Assembly (NCBI GenBank): GCA_964199315.1
Contig: OZ116699.1
Location: 1,922,001-1,986,000 of the forward strand
Length of the DNA: 64,000 nt
Origin: Orbicella franksi
Taxonomy: Eukaryota
Reading direction: 5' to 3'
Shown here: positions 60,501 to 64,000 of the stretch, piece after piece
Layout: each line of letters opens with the position of its first letter
Numbering within the stretch: position 1 is the first letter of the stretch
The notes under the pieces: generated by a model
Database searches by the model: none
What the model saw: the letters and a program-made list of their open reading frames with translations, nothing else
Told to the model about the DNA's origin: nothing
Program-made: the position numbers and the translations under genes

Positions 60501-63500
60501 CGTCATTCCGGCAAGTGCTTCTTTGGTAAAAGTTGTTACGAAATAAGGCCAGTGAAAAGGTAACAAAACTTTTGTTATTCTTTGGTCTTGTTTGTCTTGT
60601 TGTATAGGAAAACCTCAGAAAGGAATTTCCGACAGCCATTGGAAAGGAAATCCCTGCGCTTAAAGGTAACAAATTAAATCCCAAAATATTTGTCAATTCC
60701 AATTCATCACAAAGTTACCTCAATACATTTAACATTATGCAGCTTTCAGAAGAAGTTTTTACTCATTTATATTTTTCTAGGGAGGAAATTCAATGAAAAC
60801 TGCCAGCTCTGCTTTAAAGATGGAACGTGCAAGAGACAGAAGTTCATGAATCAATTCTGCCACGTAAGTCAAAACAAAATTTAATCCAGTCACCAAATAG
60901 AAGTGTATCCACAGATTTGTGAAAAAAGTGCCTCAGCAGAGACAAGTGCCAAGGAATTTAATAAGGCCTAAGATCCTCTAAAGCTTTTTATTTTGTTTTC
61001 AGGAACTAATCAATGCACCTGACAACATCTCAAAAAGCAAAGTTGTTATGGACTTCTGCAGGTCTCGTGCCAGTGATGTCCATTCTCATGGAAAGTGAGT
61101 AGTCGTTCCTTCGTTTCTCCGTTCCTTCGTTCCTTCGTTTCTCCGTTCCTTCGTTCCTTCGTACCTTCGTTCCTTCGTTTCTTCGTTCCCTCGTTCTCAA
61201 ATCTCTACTACCTAAGAAAAGATCCCGAATCATTGAAAAATGGGAAATGTCTAGAGTGCAGTTCGTACCTTTTATAAATTTGTTGTGATGAGATGCCTCT
61301 GAGCATTAACATTTGCCAACAATTTGTCGTTTATTCTCAGGGCTACGAAAAAGGATGGGAAGTCACCAAAGAGTAAGTCTATTCCACAAGTTTTATTTTC
61401 TCATAGATTCTTGATAATTTGCAACTAATTATTGCTGGAATTTACTTTCAATAAAATGTAAACTATTTTCTTGTAAATTTGCTATGCAGCTGAGGACAAC
61501 AACGTGGAGATCTCGGCACCAATGATGTTTGAACAATACGTAGTGACAGCTGATTACCAGAAGAAAAACAAGAATGACATTTCTCTCAAAGCTGGCGATA
61601 TAATTGATGTCATTGAACGGAACGACTACGGTGAGACATAAGAAAAGTTATTTATTTCTCGTTTGATTTGAAGGACCAAGTAACTTTCGCAGTATCTCTC
61701 GAGAAATTGAGATTTTATTCTCGGGTGTTCCTTCCGAGTTCACAGTGGTATCACAAGAATTAGTCTGTTGCCTGTTCATAAGTACGATTTGAAGGACCAG
61801 TGACTTTTGCGGAAGATCTGGAGAAATTGTGATTAATCCTTGTGAACTCATTGTGGCATCAAAAGCTTTAGCTTGTTGCCTAGCAACAGCCATGAGGAAT
61901 GCAGGCTTGGGGTTCTCAGAATGTAGTTATTGACATGAATTAAAATAATTATTCCCTTCAATATTTTCATTTCTCTTTCTTTTCTTTGTAAGGCTGGTGG
62001 CTTGTTGACCGGGAAGGAGAGTTAGGTTGGGCTCCTGCATCTCATCTTGAGCCCACGGACAACGGGTCAGAGATTACAACGTCAAAAGTCTTTGCACCCG
62101 GAAAAGGTAAGCTTACCTCTGTTAACAATGAGGAATGGTTTTGGAATGACAAGAGATTAACTTAGTGACTTTTAATTATAAGAAAATTGTGACATTCAGG
62201 GATGCGTTTAACTCCGAGATGTACCATGTTGGAAACTCCCCATGGATTTTCTTGTAGACATACCAAACTTATTTTCCTTTTGTACATAGCTCCCATATTA
62301 CCCTACATACAAGATTTGTTTGTAGGTTATGACATCAGATGACCCCATTAAATGCGCCATATTGGATCCTCCATGTTAGATTTCATTTCTTCAGAAAGTC
62401 AGAAACGAAATGATGCTAATTGATTAATCCCAAAATGATAATCGCATGAAAAAAGTAGTAACTCTACAATGCTGCTTGGGAAATTGTGGAAACAAAAATT
62501 AAAAATGCCCAAAAAAGAAAATTTGGCTTCATCTAAAATGACGTGGGTGGGAGGCGCGGTGGCCTCATGGTTAGTGCGCTCGTCTCCGGATCGAGCGGTC
62601 CGGGTTCGAGCCCTGGCCGGGGACATTGTGTTGTGTTCTTGGGCAAGACACTTCACTCTCACAGTGCCTCTCTCCACCCAGGTGTATAAATGGGTACCGG
62701 CGAACTTAATGCTGGGGGCTAACCCTGCGATGGACTAGCATCCCATCCAGGGGGGAGTAGAAATACTCTTAGTGGCTTCATGCTACAGAAACCGGGATAA
62801 GCTCCGGCCTGATGGGCCACTTGGCTCGTGTGCAGACTTTACCGTTTTTTACCAAAATGACGTGGTAAAACTATTGACACATCAAAATTTCTGCTCGGAA
62901 TGAATTAACAGCTACTGAAAGTTTCATCGCGACAGAGTAAATCTCTTGTACGTCGGATTGTTAATATATCAGAAGTATGTGCCGTTTTCCAGCATCGAAG
63001 TATCTGTAAAGTACACAGTGATAAAGGTGACCGTGTATTTTGCTTCAATTCAACAGAGGAGATATACATGTCTCTAGAAAGCTATCAGGCTAAAGCTGAC
63101 GATGAGCTGACTTTTGATGCTGACGTAATGCTTAAAGTGGTGGAAAAGACTTTAGATGGATGGTGGCTCGTAAGGTAAATAAAAAAAATATTTGCATTTG
63201 TTCTATTTTGCTGTTGTTGTTGTTGTTGTTGTTGTTGTTGTCTGAAATTCCTTTCCTGACATTCTTTAGATTTATTTTTGGATTGTTCAGTTCATCTTCT
63301 CAGATTCTGCAAAAACGATGTCAATTACTTACACAGCATTAAAATTATTTCATTAGGTACCAGGGAGAGGAAGGCTGGGCTCCTGCCATGCTCCTAAAAA
63401 GAGTCAATTCTGATGAATCCTCCACTTCAATGATAGGGGGAAAAGATCCTTTGGACACAGTTTCCTTCACCGGAGGTAAGCTGCTGTCACTGAATATTCC

Positions 63501-63869
63501 ACTCAACCTTTTTTGCCTCATATCATGAAGGCGAGTTGTTAAAACGTCTATAAGAGACTAACCTTTTCTTTCAATTTTCAATCAATCAATCAGTCAATCA
63601 ATCATTTATTCCTAAAGTATCATTTTCACTTTTTTAGCATTCATTGAAAGCGATTTTTTGGAGTGGGAAATGCGTTCATTTTAATCCCCCTAGTGCTATA
63701 TTTTAGCTAACACAAACTTGCCAGGATGTCGCTTTATATTCTTTTATTAACCCGTAAATGTAAAGACGTTTTCCATCTGAAGCCTTATGACGTTTTCTTC
63801 TTGGCAGATTCTGAAGATGGCGACAGCCAAAGAATCCAGCGGCGGACACCTCCTACAAGGCGAAGCATG
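51514..63869 (+). CDS. p47phox/NOXO1/Tks (SH3PXD2)-family adaptor, PX-SH3-PX-SH3-SH3, 3'-incomplete
   Basis: Exons 51514-51585, 53825-53905, 54982-55060, 57833-57912, 58045-58136 (PX1), 58217-58272, 58574-59346 (linker + SH3 ...GWWYV...GWAPSAFL), 59473-59589 (IQKRKNPDKNY), 59993-60073 (VYIVKVVWSDG..IYR), 60608-60665, 60781-60863, 61003-61094 (PX2), 61341-61372, 61490-61630 + 61993-62106 (SH3), 63057-63174 + 63357-63475 (SH3), 63808-63869 (RRTPPTRRSM). Phases are continuous throughout. Confidence 0.88.
54080..54426 (+). mobile_element. 5'-truncated LINE (CR1/L2-like) 3' end
   Basis: Encodes ELPKMNLEFGRRSFSFLGASIFNSLPADIR...HFYL*, typical of the ORF2 C-terminus. It is followed by a 3' UTR and a (TAT)n tail at about 54396-54426. 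Confidence 0.75.
55235..55357. mobile_element. Small MITE-like element (123 bp)
   Basis: Perfect 14-bp TIR atacctaatcgtac / gtacgattaggtat, plus an inner tagtacgc / gcgtacta pair. Confidence 0.6.
55438..57599. mobile_element. 2.16-kb foldback (palindromic) DNA element with a 7-bp TSD
   Basis: Outer arms 55438-56287 / 56747-57599, inner arms 56284-56418 / 56511-56645, 92-bp loop 56419-56510, and 101 bp present only on the right (56646-56746). Termini CACAGGCGGCCC...GGGCCGCCTGTG. TSD GTGGACA (55431-55437, 57600-57606). Confidence 0.9.
61104..61195. repeat. Minisatellite (CGTTCCTT / CGTTTCTC units)
   Basis: Directly visible tandem 8-bp units just after the donor at 61095. Confidence 0.85.
62547..62853 (+). 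mobile_element. Full-length tRNA-derived SINE
   Basis: A-box tggcctcatgg, B-box ggttcgagccc, central 'cctctctccacccaggtgtataaatgggtacc' domain, 'cagactttacc' tail. 12-bp TSD AAAATGACGTGG (62535-62546, 62854-62865). Confidence 0.92.
63210..63240. repeat. (GTT)n microsatellite
   Basis: Directly visible, intronic. Confidence 0.9.
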
Positions 63870-64000
63870 GTGAGAATTTTCAATTCTGTAGAGATCTAAA
63901 TTAAGGTGGTTCAAAACAGGTCAAAGCAGTCAGATTTTGATGGATCGTGCTACAATCAAGTGATAAAAAATCAAAAACTGCCCAATCATTGGTGAACAAG

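Noticed and set aside
62547-62620. tRNA gene
   Set aside because: The A and B boxes belong to the SINE head, which continues into SINE body and tail within a TSD. No complete cloverleaf.

Overview
Eukaryotic, intron-rich genomic DNA, most likely from a cnidarian (stony coral-like; inferred from gene content and repeat style). Exons were reconstructed by hand using GT-AG sites and reading-phase continuity. Four multi-exon + strand genes: (1) DNA polymerase nu (POLN), 5'-incomplete, 2223-11865; (2) a secreted astacin metalloprotease with four C-terminal ShKT domains and a GC-AG first intron, 17150-24121; (3) an ANKRD55-like ankyrin-repeat protein in a CpG-depleted domain, 28838-43154; (4) a p47phox/Tks-family adaptor with an unusual PX-SH3-PX-SH3-SH3 layout, 51514 to beyond the window end. 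Between POLN and the astacin lie a frameshifted class A GPCR pseudogene (- strand) and, divergent from it, a candidate neuropeptide-precursor terminal exon encoding RRR-PANRDEWDQFSPRL-GR (an FxPRL-amide). Mobile DNA includes an IS3EU-type element with a 6-bp TSD built from two head-to-head left ends, a 2.16-kb near-perfect foldback palindrome with a 7-bp TSD whose core encodes an RFX-like winged helix, two PIF/Harbinger MITEs, a tRNA-derived SINE with a 12-bp TSD, and LINE and Penelope remnants.
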